Source: Candidatus Cloacimonadales bacterium (GTDB lineage: Bacteria > Cloacimonadota > Cloacimonadia > Cloacimonadales > DAONDQ01). From it: a DNA stretch of 64,000 bases. Positions 49,527-60,435 of the stretch are shown piece after piece. The notes beneath the pieces are model-generated. The model searched no databases and was not told the DNA's origin. It saw only the letters and a program-made list of their open reading frames with translations. The first letter of the stretch is position 1. Every line of letters starts with the position of its first letter. The DNA lies in NCBI GenBank assembly GCA_963662275.1, contig OY759316.1:4224001-4288000 (forward strand), written 5' to 3'. A program made the position numbers and the translations under genes.

Positions 49527-50666
49527 ATGAAAAATAGAATACGTACGTTCATTGTTATCGTTTTTTTTATTCTACTGCTCACCTTTTGCTTTGCAATTCA
49601 ACCTCAAGTTGATAGTGTTACAGCGAGCCAAAGAACTGATGGCAGTAAGATAGTTGATATTTCTTTTAATGTTACATGCTCTAATCAAGATAGTGTATAT
49701 ATCATTTTAAAGCTATCAGACGATAGTGGGGTAACATACAAAAAGAAACCCACAAGGGCAAACCTATCCGGAGATATCGGCTGGGTCGATCTCTCTACAG
49801 GAAACTCCAGACAGATCATTTGGAATGTTGGAAATGAATTGGAATCCTTTAATAATGATCAGTATAAATTCAAAGTCCAAGCTTGGGATAAGCAGCCGAT
49901 ACCATCAAACTTTATTCTGATACAGAGTGGAACTTATAATAATGGGGTAGCAAATATTGCCATATCATCTTTTTACATTGATAAGTATGAGGTTTTACAG
50001 GAGGGAGATGGTTCTTATCTGCAGGTGATGGGAACTCGTCCTTCTGACCAATACCATGGTGCAGGTGCTGGTTATCCTGTTAATAATGTTACATGGTTCA
50101 ATGCTATTGAATACTGTAATCGAAGAAGCATGCAGGAAGGATTAACCCCTTGTTATAGTGATAGTACAAGTTCCTATGGAAACTATGGCACTAATCCTGA
50201 TAACTGGCCTGTTGGATGGAATACAGAAGGCAATCAAGGAAATGTATTATGCAATTGGACAGCCAATGGATATCGATTACCAACTGAGATGGAGTGGATA
50301 TTTGCGGCTCGTGGAGGTAATTCAACTCACAATTATACTTATAGCGGAAGCAACGACATTAATTCCGTGGCATGGTATGGGGGAAATTCACATGATTCCC
50401 TTCATGTTGTTGGTACAAGAACGGCAAACGAACTAGGTATCAATGATATGAGTGGTAACGTCTATGAATGGTGTTGGGATAAATGCAATCAGAATTCCAA
50501 TGTTTTTTCAGAATTCCCGTACGGTCCCACGAGTGGTAATTATCGTATAAGTCATGGTAGCGCTTGGAGATACACTTCTGAATTATGGTGTACATTAAGA
50601 TATCGAACCACTGACTTACCAACATATACAAATAATTGCTTTGGCTTTCGAGTATGTCGAAAATAA
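49527..50666 (+). CDS. Secreted Ig-like + FGE-sulfatase domain protein (paralog)
   Basis: QRTDGSKIVDI; GYRLPTEMEW; NELGINDMSGNVYEW; GFRVCR. Confidence 0.92.
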   Translation: MKNRIRTFIVIVFFILLLTFCFAIQPQVDSVTASQRTDGSKIVDISFNVTCSNQDSVYIILKLSDDSGVTYKKKPTRANLSGDIGWVDLSTGNSRQIIWNVGNELESFNNDQYKFKVQAWDKQPIPSNFILIQSGTYNNGVANIAISSFYIDKYEVLQEGDGSYLQVMGTRPSDQYHGAGAGYPVNNVTWFNAIEYCNRRSMQEGLTPCYSDSTSSYGNYGTNPDNWPVGWNTEGNQGNVLCNWTANGYRLPTEMEWIFAARGGNSTHNYTYSGSNDINSVAWYGGNSHDSLHVVGTRTANELGINDMSGNVYEWCWDKCNQNSNVFSEFPYGPTSGNYRISHGSAWRYTSELWCTLRYRTTDLPTYTNNCFGFRVCRK

Positions 50667-50706
50667 GAATAGACCTGATTGAAACAATGAGTTAAATAAT
50701 ATTGTA

Positions 50707-50733
50707 AAGCAGGGAGAATTCTCCCTGCTTTTC
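50707..50733 (+). terminator. Rho-independent terminator
   Basis: aaagcagggaga-at-tctccctgcttt followed by T. Confidence 0.75.
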
Positions 50734-50773
50734 GTTTGTAAAAAAAGAAGAATAGAAGCACAAAAAAATAAAA

Positions 50774-50800
50774 CTAGCACTCTCATATTTTGATTGACAA
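50774..50800 (+). promoter_or_regulatory. Degenerate CIRCE overlapping the -35 box
   Basis: ctagcactc-N9-gattgacaa; TTGACA at 50794, TATCTT at 50816. Confidence 0.65.
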
Positions 50801-50830
50801 CTTTTAAAGCCTCATTATCTTGTCTTTATA

Positions 50831-50857
50831 TTAGCAAACGAATTAGCGGATTGCTAA
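50831..50857 (+). promoter_or_regulatory. Second degenerate CIRCE
   Basis: ttagcaaac-N9-gattgctaa just upstream of hrcA. Confidence 0.7.
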
Positions 50858-50880
50858 TACATAATTAAGGCAGGTTGCTG

Positions 50881-51939
50881 ATGAAGAAGAACGAATTACG
50901 GTTGAATGTAACGCTTCGGGCATTGATAGATGAGTATATTTTGAATAATGAACCTGTATCCTCACGCGTATTATTCGAGAATTATCTGAAGGATGTCAGT
51001 CCTGCTACATTACGTATTGATCTTTTCAAATTGGAATCACAAAGCTTAATCTATCAGCCGCATACATCTGCTGGTAGAATACCCACAATCCAGGGTTATC
51101 GTGAATACTTGGATATAATCAAGCCTGAACTGGAAGCAGATCATTATGGGAAAACTGAATTCCTTCGTGAGATATTGATTCAGAATTACAAAGATACGCC
51201 AATTGCATTACATTATATTATGCAGATATTAGCACAGGAATCAGATCAACTCAGCTTTGTTGCTGAGCCTGAGATATCCAATGGTATTATGTCTAAATTG
51301 AATGTATTCCCTATATCAGGGCAGAAGCTTCTTTTTCTGGTTAGTCTTGATTCAGGTTTGGATAAAACAGTGCTATTAAAGGGTAATTATGATATCAACG
51401 AAGCTCAATTAAAGAAACTTGTTCGCTATTTCAATGATGAATTGGCAGGTTTACGAGTCTATGATATCTCCCAGCAATTATTGGAAGATAAAGATCATCA
51501 CTTAGGTTCAGCAAACCGTTTAGTTGATCAGTTTTTAATTGAGTTACGTCATGCTTTCCAGGAGATCAGCAGTTACTTTATTCATTTTGATGGGAACCTG
51601 TCTTTCCTGGAACAGAAGGAATTTGATAGTAAAGTGAATATTCTGAATATTCTGAATCTGATGCAGAGACAGGATATTCTTTTGAACCTAATGCAGAAGC
51701 ATGATAACGGCGAACCTTATCAAGTACTGTTGGGAGAAGATTTCGGTGATCCTCGCTGGTCAGAATATGCACTCATTTATGCAAAGTATGAAATCTTCGA
51801 TATCCCGGGTTACCTTGGTGTTCTTGCACCAAATCGTAACCAATATTATCAAAATATCCTGATGGTTCGGGATATCGCTCAAACGATCACGAATACTACC
51901 AAGAAGGGAATGATGGTACCTAATTATGTCAAAAACTAA
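50881..51939 (+). CDS. hrcA: Heat-inducible transcription repressor HrcA
   Basis: EPVSS, SPATLR, QPHTSAGRIPT..GYR; first gene of the dnaK operon. Confidence 0.92.
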   Translation: MKKNELRLNVTLRALIDEYILNNEPVSSRVLFENYLKDVSPATLRIDLFKLESQSLIYQPHTSAGRIPTIQGYREYLDIIKPELEADHYGKTEFLREILIQNYKDTPIALHYIMQILAQESDQLSFVAEPEISNGIMSKLNVFPISGQKLLFLVSLDSGLDKTVLLKGNYDINEAQLKKLVRYFNDELAGLRVYDISQQLLEDKDHHLGSANRLVDQFLIELRHAFQEISSYFIHFDGNLSFLEQKEFDSKVNILNILNLMQRQDILLNLMQKHDNGEPYQVLLGEDFGDPRWSEYALIYAKYEIFDIPGYLGVLAPNRNQYYQNILMVRDIAQTITNTTKKGMMVPNYVKN

Positions 51940-52540
51940 ACCTATATTTCATAAGCATGAAAAACCTGATACTTCTGAAACTAAAGAACCTGAAATGAAT
52001 GAAAAAGTTGAACAGGAAATTACTTCAGATTTCGAAACCCAGATCGGTGAATTGAACCAACAGGTTGATCAATGGAAAGATAAATATCTGCGTCTTATGG
52101 CAGATTTCGATAATTACCGTCGCCAGACTCTTCTTAAGCAGAAGGATTGGGCTTTCCAGGCAACTGAGAAGATCATTTTATCCGTATGCGATGTTGTGGA
52201 TAATTTCGAACGAGCATCATCACAATTACCTGAATCATTAAAAGAAGAACCTGTTGTGAAAGGTCTCCTGCAAATTGAAATGCAGCTTTCTTCACTATTG
52301 GAAAGGGAAGGGATTGAAAAGATAGATGCCATCAACCAGGATTTCGATCCCAATGTTCATGAAGCGTTGGCCCATATACCTTCCGATCTTGAGGAGGATA
52401 AAGTGGTGGCAGTTATTCAGAATGGATATAAAATGAAGGGCAAATTGATTCGCCCTGCACGTGTAGCAGTTTCCAACGGCGAAATGCCGGTAAATACAAA
52501 AGAAAATAACAAAGATAAAAATGGAGGTAGCAATGTCTAA
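51926..52540 (+). CDS. grpE: Nucleotide exchange factor GrpE
   Basis: [20 protein letters not shown]....LIRPA.V.V. Confidence 0.97.
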   Translation: MSKTKPIFHKHEKPDTSETKEPEMNEKVEQEITSDFETQIGELNQQVDQWKDKYLRLMADFDNYRRQTLLKQKDWAFQATEKIILSVCDVVDNFERASSQLPESLKEEPVVKGLLQIEMQLSSLLEREGIEKIDAINQDFDPNVHEALAHIPSDLEEDKVVAVIQNGYKMKGKLIRPARVAVSNGEMPVNTKENNKDKNGGSNV

Positions 52541-54467
52541 AATCATAGGAATCGACTTAGGAACTACAAATTCCTGTGTTTCCGTTGTAGAGGGTGGAAA
52601 ACCGATCGTCATCGCCAATGTAGAAGGGACTCGTACAACACCTTCTGTGGTCGGTTTCACAAAAGATGGTCAACGTTTGGTGGGTCAATTGGCAAAACAC
52701 CAGGCAGTGACAAATCCCACGAATACAGTATATTCAATTAAGAGATTCATGGGCAGAAATTTTAACGAAGTCGGTAACGAAATCTCGCAGGTTCCATATG
52801 CCGTAAAATCAGGTGCACATGGGCAGGCGGAAATCTTCATAGAAAACGAAAAGAAGAATTTTACGCCCCAGGAAATCTCAGCGATGATTCTCACCAAGAT
52901 GAAGGAAACTGCTGAAGCTTACCTGGGAGAGACCGTGAAGGAAGCTGTGATCACAGTTCCTGCGTATTTCAATGATTCTCAGCGCCAGGCAACCAAGGAT
53001 GCCGGTAAGATCGCTGGTTTAGAAGTCAGACGTATCATCAATGAACCTACAGCCGCAGCTCTTGCTTATGGTATGAATACGAAGAAATCAGAAAAAGTTG
53101 CAGTTTATGACCTTGGTGGCGGTACTTTCGATATTTCTATTCTCGATATTTCCGATGGTGTGGTGGAAGTTCTTTCAACTAATGGAGATACACACCTCGG
53201 TGGTGATGATTTCGATAAGCGCATCATGGATTGGATTCTCACTGAATTCAAGAAACAGGAAGGCGTCGATCTGACTAAAGATCCAATGGCAATGCAGCGT
53301 TTACGTGAAACTGCCGAGAAGGCAAAAGTTGAATTATCCGGCACTCAGACCGCGAATATCAATCTTCCTTTCATTACAGCCGATGCTAATGGACCAAAAC
53401 ATCTGAATGTCAATCTGTCACTATCAGAGTTTAACAGGTTAGTATCTGATCTTGTAGACAGGACTCTTGGACCTTGTAAAAAAGCACTGGAAGATGCAAA
53501 ACTCAGCAAAGACCAAGTTGATGAAATCCTGTTGGTCGGTGGCAGCACTCGTACGCCTTTGGTCATCGAAACTGTGGAGAAGTTCTTCGGTAAGAAGGCT
53601 AATCGCAGCCTGAACCCTGATGAAGTAGTAGCAATTGGCGCTTCCATCCAGGGTGGAATTCTTTCCGGTGACGAAAACATGAACGATGTACTCCTGCTCG
53701 ATGTTACTCCTCTTTCCCTCGGGATAGAGACACTCGGTGAAGTCATGACAGTCCTTATTCAGCGTAATACAACAATTCCTACAAAGAAAAGCCAGGTATT
53801 TTCTACTGCTGCCGATAATCAGACTGCTGTGACCATCCATGTCCTGCAGGGTGAAAGATCCATGGCTGCCGATAATAAGTCCTTAGGTCGTTTTGACTTA
53901 GTGGATATACCTTCGGCGCCTCGTGGAATTCCTCAGATCGAAGTTACTTTTGATATTGATGCCAATGGCATTATCCATGTAACAGCTCAGGATAAGGGAA
54001 CTGGTAAAGTACAATCAATCCATATCGAACGTCCGGGCAACCTGAATGAGGAAGATATCCAGAGAATGGTACGTGATGCAGAACTTCATGCAGAAGAGGA
54101 TAATCTTCGTAAAGACACCATCACAGCTAAAAATGAACTGGACACAATGATCTTCTCCACAGAAAAGAGCCTTGAAGAATATGGAGAAAAGATTTCTCCT
54201 GAAGAGCGCAAGACGATTGAAGATGCAGTCCATGAAGCTCGTGAAGCCTATAAAAATGGTACAACGAAAGAAGATTATAAGACTGCGCTGGAAACTCTTT
54301 CCAAGAAAGCTCAAAAACTCGGAGAAGCCATTTACGCTCACATGCAGCAGCAACAGGGAGCTGAAGGCGGACAGGAAGCCCCACAAAAGGAAGAACCTGC
54401 CCAGCAACAACAGCAGAATGATGGACCTATCGATGCTGACTTCGAAGTCGTAGATAAAGATAAATAA
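52533..54467 (+). CDS. dnaK: Chaperone DnaK
   Basis: [26 protein letters not shown]; start MSKIIG after GGAGG. Confidence 0.99.
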   Translation: MSKIIGIDLGTTNSCVSVVEGGKPIVIANVEGTRTTPSVVGFTKDGQRLVGQLAKHQAVTNPTNTVYSIKRFMGRNFNEVGNEISQVPYAVKSGAHGQAEIFIENEKKNFTPQEISAMILTKMKETAEAYLGETVKEAVITVPAYFNDSQRQATKDAGKIAGLEVRRIINEPTAAALAYGMNTKKSEKVAVYDLGGGTFDISILDISDGVVEVLSTNGDTHLGGDDFDKRIMDWILTEFKKQEGVDLTKDPMAMQRLRETAEKAKVELSGTQTANINLPFITADANGPKHLNVNLSLSEFNRLVSDLVDRTLGPCKKALEDAKLSKDQVDEILLVGGSTRTPLVIETVEKFFGKKANRSLNPDEVVAIGASIQGGILSGDENMNDVLLLDVTPLSLGIETLGEVMTVLIQRNTTIPTKKSQVFSTAADNQTAVTIHVLQGERSMAADNKSLGRFDLVDIPSAPRGIPQIEVTFDIDANGIIHVTAQDKGTGKVQSIHIERPGNLNEEDIQRMVRDAELHAEEDNLRKDTITAKNELDTMIFSTEKSLEEYGEKISPEERKTIEDAVHEAREAYKNGTTKEDYKTALETLSKKAQKLGEAIYAHMQQQQGAEGGQEAPQKEEPAQQQQQNDGPIDADFEVVDKDK

Positions 54468-54474
54468 TTGAATC

Positions 54475-54689
54475 GTAGAGTAGGACGCCGTTCCTGCTAA
54501 ATCTGACGAAACGAGTAGAGCACGATGCCGATCGTGCTGAGTGCTCTGCTTTCCCTCTCTTTGGATAAAGAGAGGGATTAAGGGTGAGTTTGATTCTCTG
54601 GCTGTACTTGCACATTGTGCACGATACAGGCTTTTCAAACTCATCTGTCAATTCGTGCCACCTTCCCTTTATCCAAAGGGAAGGATTAG
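54475..54689. repeat. REP cluster between dnaK and dnaJ
   Basis: gtagagtaggacgccgttcctgct, gtagagcacgatgccgatcgtgct, ccctctcttt..aaagagaggg, ccttcccttt..aaagggaagg. Confidence 0.75.
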
Positions 54690-54705
54690 CAACAAAGGAG
54701 TACCC

Positions 54706-55863
54706 TTGGCAACAAAACGTGATTACTACGAAATACTGGGCGTGGATAAAGCATCCGATGCAGATACCATTAAAAAAGCATATCGAAAACTGGCGATGAA
54801 GCTTCATCCTGATAAGAATCCGGGCAATAAGATGGCAGAAGAATCCTTCAAGGAAGCTTCTGAAGCTTATGAGGTACTGAGTGATAAAGAAAAACGCGCA
54901 CTGTATGATCAATATGGTCATGCAGGTGTGGATCAATCCTTCGGTGGAGGTGGCTTCAATTGGGGCAACTTTACTCACCAGGATGACTTGTCTGATTTAT
55001 TCGGTGATGGATTCAGCAGTATCTTCGAGCAGTTTTTTGGTGGTGGATTCGGTGGTGGACGCAATTCCCAGGAGCGTAAGAATCGCGGTGAAGATCTCCA
55101 GATAGAAATCTCTCTATCCCTGCAGGAAATCTCCTCAGGAGCAGAAAAGAATATCAAAATCAATGTGAAAGATCAGTGCGAAACCTGTAAGGGCAGCGGT
55201 TCATCAGATGGCAACATTACTACTTGTCCTCAGTGTAAGGGAACCGGACAGGTCTACCAGATGCGCCGTTCACTATTCGGTCAGGTGCAGACGATTGCTG
55301 AATGCCCTTCCTGTCGTGGTGAAGGTAAAACAATCAAAAACAAATGCCCCAAGTGTTCAGGCGATGGTCGTATTCGAAAAGTCAATGAAATCAGCGTGAA
55401 GATACCTGCCGGTGTCCAGGAAGGACAATATATCCGCTTACGCGGACAAGGCAATATGGGGATTCGAGGTGGCACAAAAGGTGATATTCTCGTCCTTATC
55501 CATGAACGGGAAGATGATCTTTATGAACGTGACGGGAATAACCTGATCGTCGATTATCCCATCAGTTTCAGTCAAGCTGCTTTAGGGGCTGAAATCCTGG
55601 TTCCAACTCTCACGGGAACAGTGAAAATGAAAGTACCTGCTGGAACACAGTCAGGTAAAGTATTCCGTGTTAAAGCGCAAGGGCTTCCCCAAGTGAATTC
55701 AGCTTATCGAGGTGACTTATATGTGAAAGTTATCGTTATCACCCCTACAACATTGGGCAGGGATGAGACCGATCTGTTAAAAAAACTTAGTGAGCATGAT
55801 GCTGCAAAGAAATATGTTCCGGGTAAGAAATTCTTTTCCAAAATGAAGGATTTCATCTACTAA
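54706..55863 (+). CDS. dnaJ: Chaperone DnaJ
   Basis: [14 protein letters not shown] region, four CxxCxGxG; TTG start after AAGGAG. Confidence 0.97.
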   Translation: MATKRDYYEILGVDKASDADTIKKAYRKLAMKLHPDKNPGNKMAEESFKEASEAYEVLSDKEKRALYDQYGHAGVDQSFGGGGFNWGNFTHQDDLSDLFGDGFSSIFEQFFGGGFGGGRNSQERKNRGEDLQIEISLSLQEISSGAEKNIKINVKDQCETCKGSGSSDGNITTCPQCKGTGQVYQMRRSLFGQVQTIAECPSCRGEGKTIKNKCPKCSGDGRIRKVNEISVKIPAGVQEGQYIRLRGQGNMGIRGGTKGDILVLIHEREDDLYERDGNNLIVDYPISFSQAALGAEILVPTLTGTVKMKVPAGTQSGKVFRVKAQGLPQVNSAYRGDLYVKVIVITPTTLGRDETDLLKKLSEHDAAKKYVPGKKFFSKMKDFIY

Positions 55864-56597
55864 TGCCCTTTTTCTATACTCCCACACTAACTCGTGAAGC
55901 AGAACAAGTCACAATCGACGGGGACGAGTTCCATCATATCACTCATGTCTTTCGTCATAAGACAAATGATATCATTAAACTCACATCTGGTTCAGGTCTT
56001 TTAGGAGAAGGCAGGATTCTATCTATAGGCAAGAAAGAACTTATTTTAGAAGTACTCAACTTTACGGAACATCCAATGTCAGAACCTCAATTGTCTGTAG
56101 CTTTTAGTCTTCTAAGAAATAAAAATGATGAATGGATGGTGGAGAAACTGACGGAACTTGGCATTAAAAGACTATATCCCATGCTGACAACCAACACCGT
56201 ACGCCAGCCTTCGGTGAATATCCTGGAACGCTTCCAAAAAACAGCTATCAGTGCCATTAAGCAATGTGAAAATCCCTGGCTGCCTATCATAGAACCTGTT
56301 TCAGAATTGAAAGAAATACTCAGCAAACTTCAAAAACAAAACATAAAACCAATTGCAGCCTCAGAAAAAGAAAAGAATCAACTTTTGCCTTCAACTATCA
56401 CTGATTTAGAACAGCCCTGCTGTATTCTCATCGGTCCGGAAGGGGGCTTCACTCCCGAAGAATTTTCGTTATTGGAAGCTAATGATGTAGTTTCCTTTAG
56501 CTTGGGAAATCATATCCTTAGGGCAGAAACAGCAGCTATATGTGCTGTTTCACAATTGTTACTGCTGTATCTAATCAACAGTCCGGTTTACAGCTAA
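55863..56597 (+). CDS. rsmE: 16S rRNA m3U1498 methyltransferase
   Basis: H...VFR, EKLTELG, IGPEGGF, LG..ILRAETA. Confidence 0.95.
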   Translation: MPFFYTPTLTREAEQVTIDGDEFHHITHVFRHKTNDIIKLTSGSGLLGEGRILSIGKKELILEVLNFTEHPMSEPQLSVAFSLLRNKNDEWMVEKLTELGIKRLYPMLTTNTVRQPSVNILERFQKTAISAIKQCENPWLPIIEPVSELKEILSKLQKQNIKPIAASEKEKNQLLPSTITDLEQPCCILIGPEGGFTPEEFSLLEANDVVSFSLGNHILRAETAAICAVSQLLLLYLINSPVYS

Positions 56598-56956
56598 CAG
56601 AAAAGGAACGTCTCTTCCGTACGTTTTTGCTGCGTTGAGTTTTAAGACAAGAAATTAGGCTCACTAACACTTAACACCTAACACCTAGCACTTTTCTACC
56701 TTCTCCCATACCCACAACTACCGTACATGAGAACCGCTTTCAAATATCTATTACATCACTCCAAAACTACCCTCACCTATCTCTCAAATCCTGAGGGAAG
56801 TCTAAGAGAAGTGCGAAGTTCGAACTTCGAAGTACGAAGTATCACTTTACATCTTTTTCTTGACTGCCACAAGGATTGTAAAAACGAGTAGAAAAAGAGA
56901 AACATAGGAGTATTTTTTGAATGCTCTGTCTTAATAAAGAGATACATGGAGTTTAA

Positions 56957-58180
56957 ATGACAATAGAGCAGCAGATGAAAATCATCAGTCGTGGTGTGGA
57001 AGAGATCATTCCCGAAGAAGACCTGATCAAAAAGTTGAAACGATCTGAAAAAACAGGGAAGCCATTGCGTATTAAGTACGGTATCGATCCAACTGGTTAT
57101 GATGTCCATATAGGTCATCTTGTTCCCATTCGCAAGATGCGGGAATTTGAAGATTTGGGTCATACCGGAGTGATTATTATTGGAGATTACACTGCACAGA
57201 TCGGTGATCCCACCGGTCGTGATGATTCACGCCCTCCTTTAACTGCTGATCAGGTTAAAGCCAATGCTGAACGTTACATGGAACAACTATATATGGTTTT
57301 GGATCCTGCCAAGACAGAAGTTCGTTACCAATCGGAATGGTTTGGACCCATGGGAATGTCAGAAGTACTCAAATTAATGGGAAAGTTCACTCTTGCCCAA
57401 TTCATGGCACATGATACCTTCCGGAAACGTTATGAAGCAGGATTGCCTCTCGGTATGCATGAAATCATGTATCCTATCCTGCAGGGTTTTGATTCAGTTG
57501 CAATACAATCTGATGTTGAATTAGGAGCTACAGAGCAGAAGTTCAATATCCTGACCGGTCGAGATATGCAGCGCATTTTCAACCAGGAAGAACAGATAGC
57601 TTTGCTATCACCAATCCTGATGGGTACTGACGGCAAGGAGAAGATGAGTAAAAGTTTAAATAACTACATCGCTGTTTTCGACCCTCCCCAGGAAAAGTAC
57701 GGGAAAGTGATGTCGATTCCGGATAATATCATCATCAATTATTTCAACTATGCGACAAGGCTAGCGATTGAAGAAATAGAGGAAATCCAGAAAAAGCTGA
57801 ATGCTGGTGAAAATCCTAAATTTAGTAAACAGCGTCTTGCACGTGAAATCGTTGCCTTATATCATGGGGAACAGGCAGGGATCGATGCGGATGAAGAGTT
57901 TAATCGGATTTTCAGTCAAAAGGAAATCCCGACTGATATTCCTGATTATAGATGTTCAGAATCACCCATTAAAATTATCAAATTGCTGACAATAACCGGT
58001 CTATGCCAATCCAGTAGTGAAGCTAAGCGTATGCTTCAGCAAAATGCAGTAACGATAGACGGAGAAAAAATATCTGATATGGAAGCTATGATTGATATCA
58101 AACAGGATTTCATACTGAAAGTCGGTAAACGCAGATTCATGCGTATTGTACATGAGACCAACAATCTTCAAAAGTCCTAG
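56957..58180 (+). CDS. tyrS: Tyrosyl-tRNA synthetase
   Basis: GIDPT..D.HIGH, YPILQGFD, KMSKS, C-terminal S4 domain VGKRRF. Confidence 0.97.
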   Translation: MTIEQQMKIISRGVEEIIPEEDLIKKLKRSEKTGKPLRIKYGIDPTGYDVHIGHLVPIRKMREFEDLGHTGVIIIGDYTAQIGDPTGRDDSRPPLTADQVKANAERYMEQLYMVLDPAKTEVRYQSEWFGPMGMSEVLKLMGKFTLAQFMAHDTFRKRYEAGLPLGMHEIMYPILQGFDSVAIQSDVELGATEQKFNILTGRDMQRIFNQEEQIALLSPILMGTDGKEKMSKSLNNYIAVFDPPQEKYGKVMSIPDNIIINYFNYATRLAIEEIEEIQKKLNAGENPKFSKQRLAREIVALYHGEQAGIDADEEFNRIFSQKEIPTDIPDYRCSESPIKIIKLLTITGLCQSSSEAKRMLQQNAVTIDGEKISDMEAMIDIKQDFILKVGKRRFMRIVHETNNLQKS

Positions 58181-58191
58181 GTAAAAAAGAG

Positions 58192-58872
58192 ATGGAATTT
58201 AGCTTACACGTAATTGTCACTTTCATTTCGATCATCATCCTTTTCGGATCGATCATTATCCATGAAATCAGCCATGGGTTTGCTGCCTTCTGGTTAGGTG
58301 ATGACACAGCAAAGCGCAATGGTCGTCTCAAACTGAATCCCCTTGTACATATTGATCTATTCGGAACGATCATATTGCCCATCATGCTTTTCTTTATCTT
58401 CAAATTCCCTTTCGGCTGGGCAAAACCTGTACCGATTAATCCTTATAATTTTAAAAATATGAAAAGAGATATGGGAATTACTGCATTGGCAGGTCCCTTA
58501 GCCAACTTCACAATAGCCTTCGTACTTTCATTATTGATTCGACTCATGATTGGGTCTATGAACTTGAACTCAGGAGCTACGATAGCAATCGGATTGCAGT
58601 ATGTCTTGGCGATTATTACACAATTAATCATCATTAATCTCTATCTTTGTTTTTTCAATCTCATTCCATTCCCGCCGTTGGATGGTTCCAAAGTATTTGG
58701 AGCTTTTCTTCCCGATACAATATATTATAAATATGTAACCCAGGAACGACTGGGAATGGTGATTTTTGTAGGTTTGATGTTATTCTCATCCATAATGAAA
58801 TTAGATATTTTTGGTGGGATACTCAGCCCGATTGTCATGAATATATTTCATTTTATGACAGGAATGAAATAA
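58192..58872 (+). CDS. Site-2 protease family (M50) membrane metalloprotease
   Basis: HEISH, GWAKPVP, AGPLAN, FNLIPFPPLDG. Confidence 0.93.
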   Translation: MEFSLHVIVTFISIIILFGSIIIHEISHGFAAFWLGDDTAKRNGRLKLNPLVHIDLFGTIILPIMLFFIFKFPFGWAKPVPINPYNFKNMKRDMGITALAGPLANFTIAFVLSLLIRLMIGSMNLNSGATIAIGLQYVLAIITQLIIINLYLCFFNLIPFPPLDGSKVFGAFLPDTIYYKYVTQERLGMVIFVGLMLFSSIMKLDIFGGILSPIVMNIFHFMTGMK

Positions 58873-58877
58873 TTGTT

Positions 58878-58969
58878 GTGGAGTAAGATTCCAATCTTAC
58901 TGAATACGAGACAATAGTGATATTAAAATTTTTAGTAAGGTGTTTCATAAGATTGGAATCTTATGAAAC
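58878..58969. repeat. REP hairpins
   Basis: gtggagtaagattccaatcttact and gtttcataagattggaatcttatgaaac. Confidence 0.65.
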
Positions 58970-59013
58970 AAATGAGAATAAATAAGTAAAAAATAGAATT
59001 CTGGAGGAAGAAA

Positions 59014-60435
59014 ATGGATCTAAAAGATCTGAAGCAACTCATAACCGATGAAGATATTCTGGCAATTGATCTGAAGTATATTGGTTTGGATGGAATTTGG
59101 TATCATATTACTTTTCCATCACGCAGATTGGATTATGTCATTGAACACGGTGTATCATTTGATGGTTCAAGCATACCGGGAATGCGTGCTGTGGAATCAG
59201 GAGATATGGTTTTAATGCCGGATTTAAGCTCTGCACATATCGATCCTCTAACTGTTACTCCCACGATAAGAATCCTGTGTTCCATATGTGATGCCGCATC
59301 TCGAATCGGGGTAAAAAAAGACCCTCGCAGTGTAGCAAAAAGAGCGCAGGAATATATGATATCTACAGGTATTGCAGACACATCACTCTGGATTCCTGAA
59401 CTGGAATTCCATCTTTTCAACTCGGCTGACTATTATAATGGTGATTATGATGCCGGATATAGCATCACATCTTCTGAAACCAAGGATTCCCTTCCCGAAG
59501 ATATGTACGATGGTAATGCTCTATCACAACAACATGCGAAAGGTTATCATATGGATACTCCTTTTGACCAGCATTATGAATTACGACAGGAAATGGTGGA
59601 GATTATGGAGGAATTGGGGATTCAAATCCGTTATCATCACCATGAAGTTGGTCTTTCAGCTCAACAGGAAATAGAGACGGAAATGCTAAGCTTTCCTAAA
59701 ATATGTGATGATGTCATGCTCATGAAAGATGTTATTCGCCGACTGGCTTTACGTGACGGTCTGACCGCAACATTTATGCCCAAACCGGCATTTAATCAGG
59801 CTGGTAACGGGATGCATTTTCATATGCTGTTAACGAAACAAGGGAAAAATATCTTCTATAAAAAAGGCGGTTATGCTGATCTCTCTCCTGAAGCATTATG
59901 GTTCATTGGAGGTATCCTCAAACATGGATGCTCGCTGGTTGCCTTTACAAATCCAAGTACAAATTCATATAAACGTCTTCTGCCTGGTTTTGAAGCTCCC
60001 GTCAAACTGATCTTTGGACTAGCTAACCGTAGCGCAGCCATCCGTATACCGAAATATGCGACAACGAAGGATAATAAGCGCTTTGAATTTAGAACCGGTG
60101 ATGGTACATGTAATCCTTATTTAGCTATGAGTGCATTACTGATGGCTGGTTTGGATGGTATCAAGAATAAGATAGACCCTACGAAATTGAATTATGGACC
60201 ATTTGATGACAATATTTTTGAATGGTCTTCAGTAAAAAAAGAGCAATTGGTTTCGATTCCATCTACGTTGAAAGAAGCCTTAGAAGCATTACAAGCAGAC
60301 CATGATTATTTACTCGCGGGAAACGTCTTTAATGAGGAAATGATCATGTCGCATATTGATCTGAAAATGAAAGAACATGAAATGGTTAGTAGCAGACCTC
60401 ATCCATTTGAGATGAGTCTTTATTACAACATATAA
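59014..60435 (+). CDS. glnA: Glutamine synthetase type I
   Basis: FDGSSI, HHHEV, ATFMPKP, GNGMHFH, NSYKRL.PGFEAP, NRSAAIRIP. Confidence 0.96.
   Translation: MDLKDLKQLITDEDILAIDLKYIGLDGIWYHITFPSRRLDYVIEHGVSFDGSSIPGMRAVESGDMVLMPDLSSAHIDPLTVTPTIRILCSICDAASRIGVKKDPRSVAKRAQEYMISTGIADTSLWIPELEFHLFNSADYYNGDYDAGYSITSSETKDSLPEDMYDGNALSQQHAKGYHMDTPFDQHYELRQEMVEIMEELGIQIRYHHHEVGLSAQQEIETEMLSFPKICDDVMLMKDVIRRLALRDGLTATFMPKPAFNQAGNGMHFHMLLTKQGKNIFYKKGGYADLSPEALWFIGGILKHGCSLVAFTNPSTNSYKRLLPGFEAPVKLIFGLANRSAAIRIPKYATTKDNKRFEFRTGDGTCNPYLAMSALLMAGLDGIKNKIDPTKLNYGPFDDNIFEWSSVKKEQLVSIPSTLKEALEALQADHDYLLAGNVFNEEMIMSHIDLKMKEHEMVSSRPHPFEMSLYYNI

Noticed and set aside
54541..54705. N-terminal extension of DnaJ
   Set aside because: Translated repeat DNA; RBS and TTG at 54706 give a normal J-domain start
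56600..56956. T-box riboswitch before tyrS
   Set aside because: No GGTGGNACCGCG T-box motif; region consists of simple repeats
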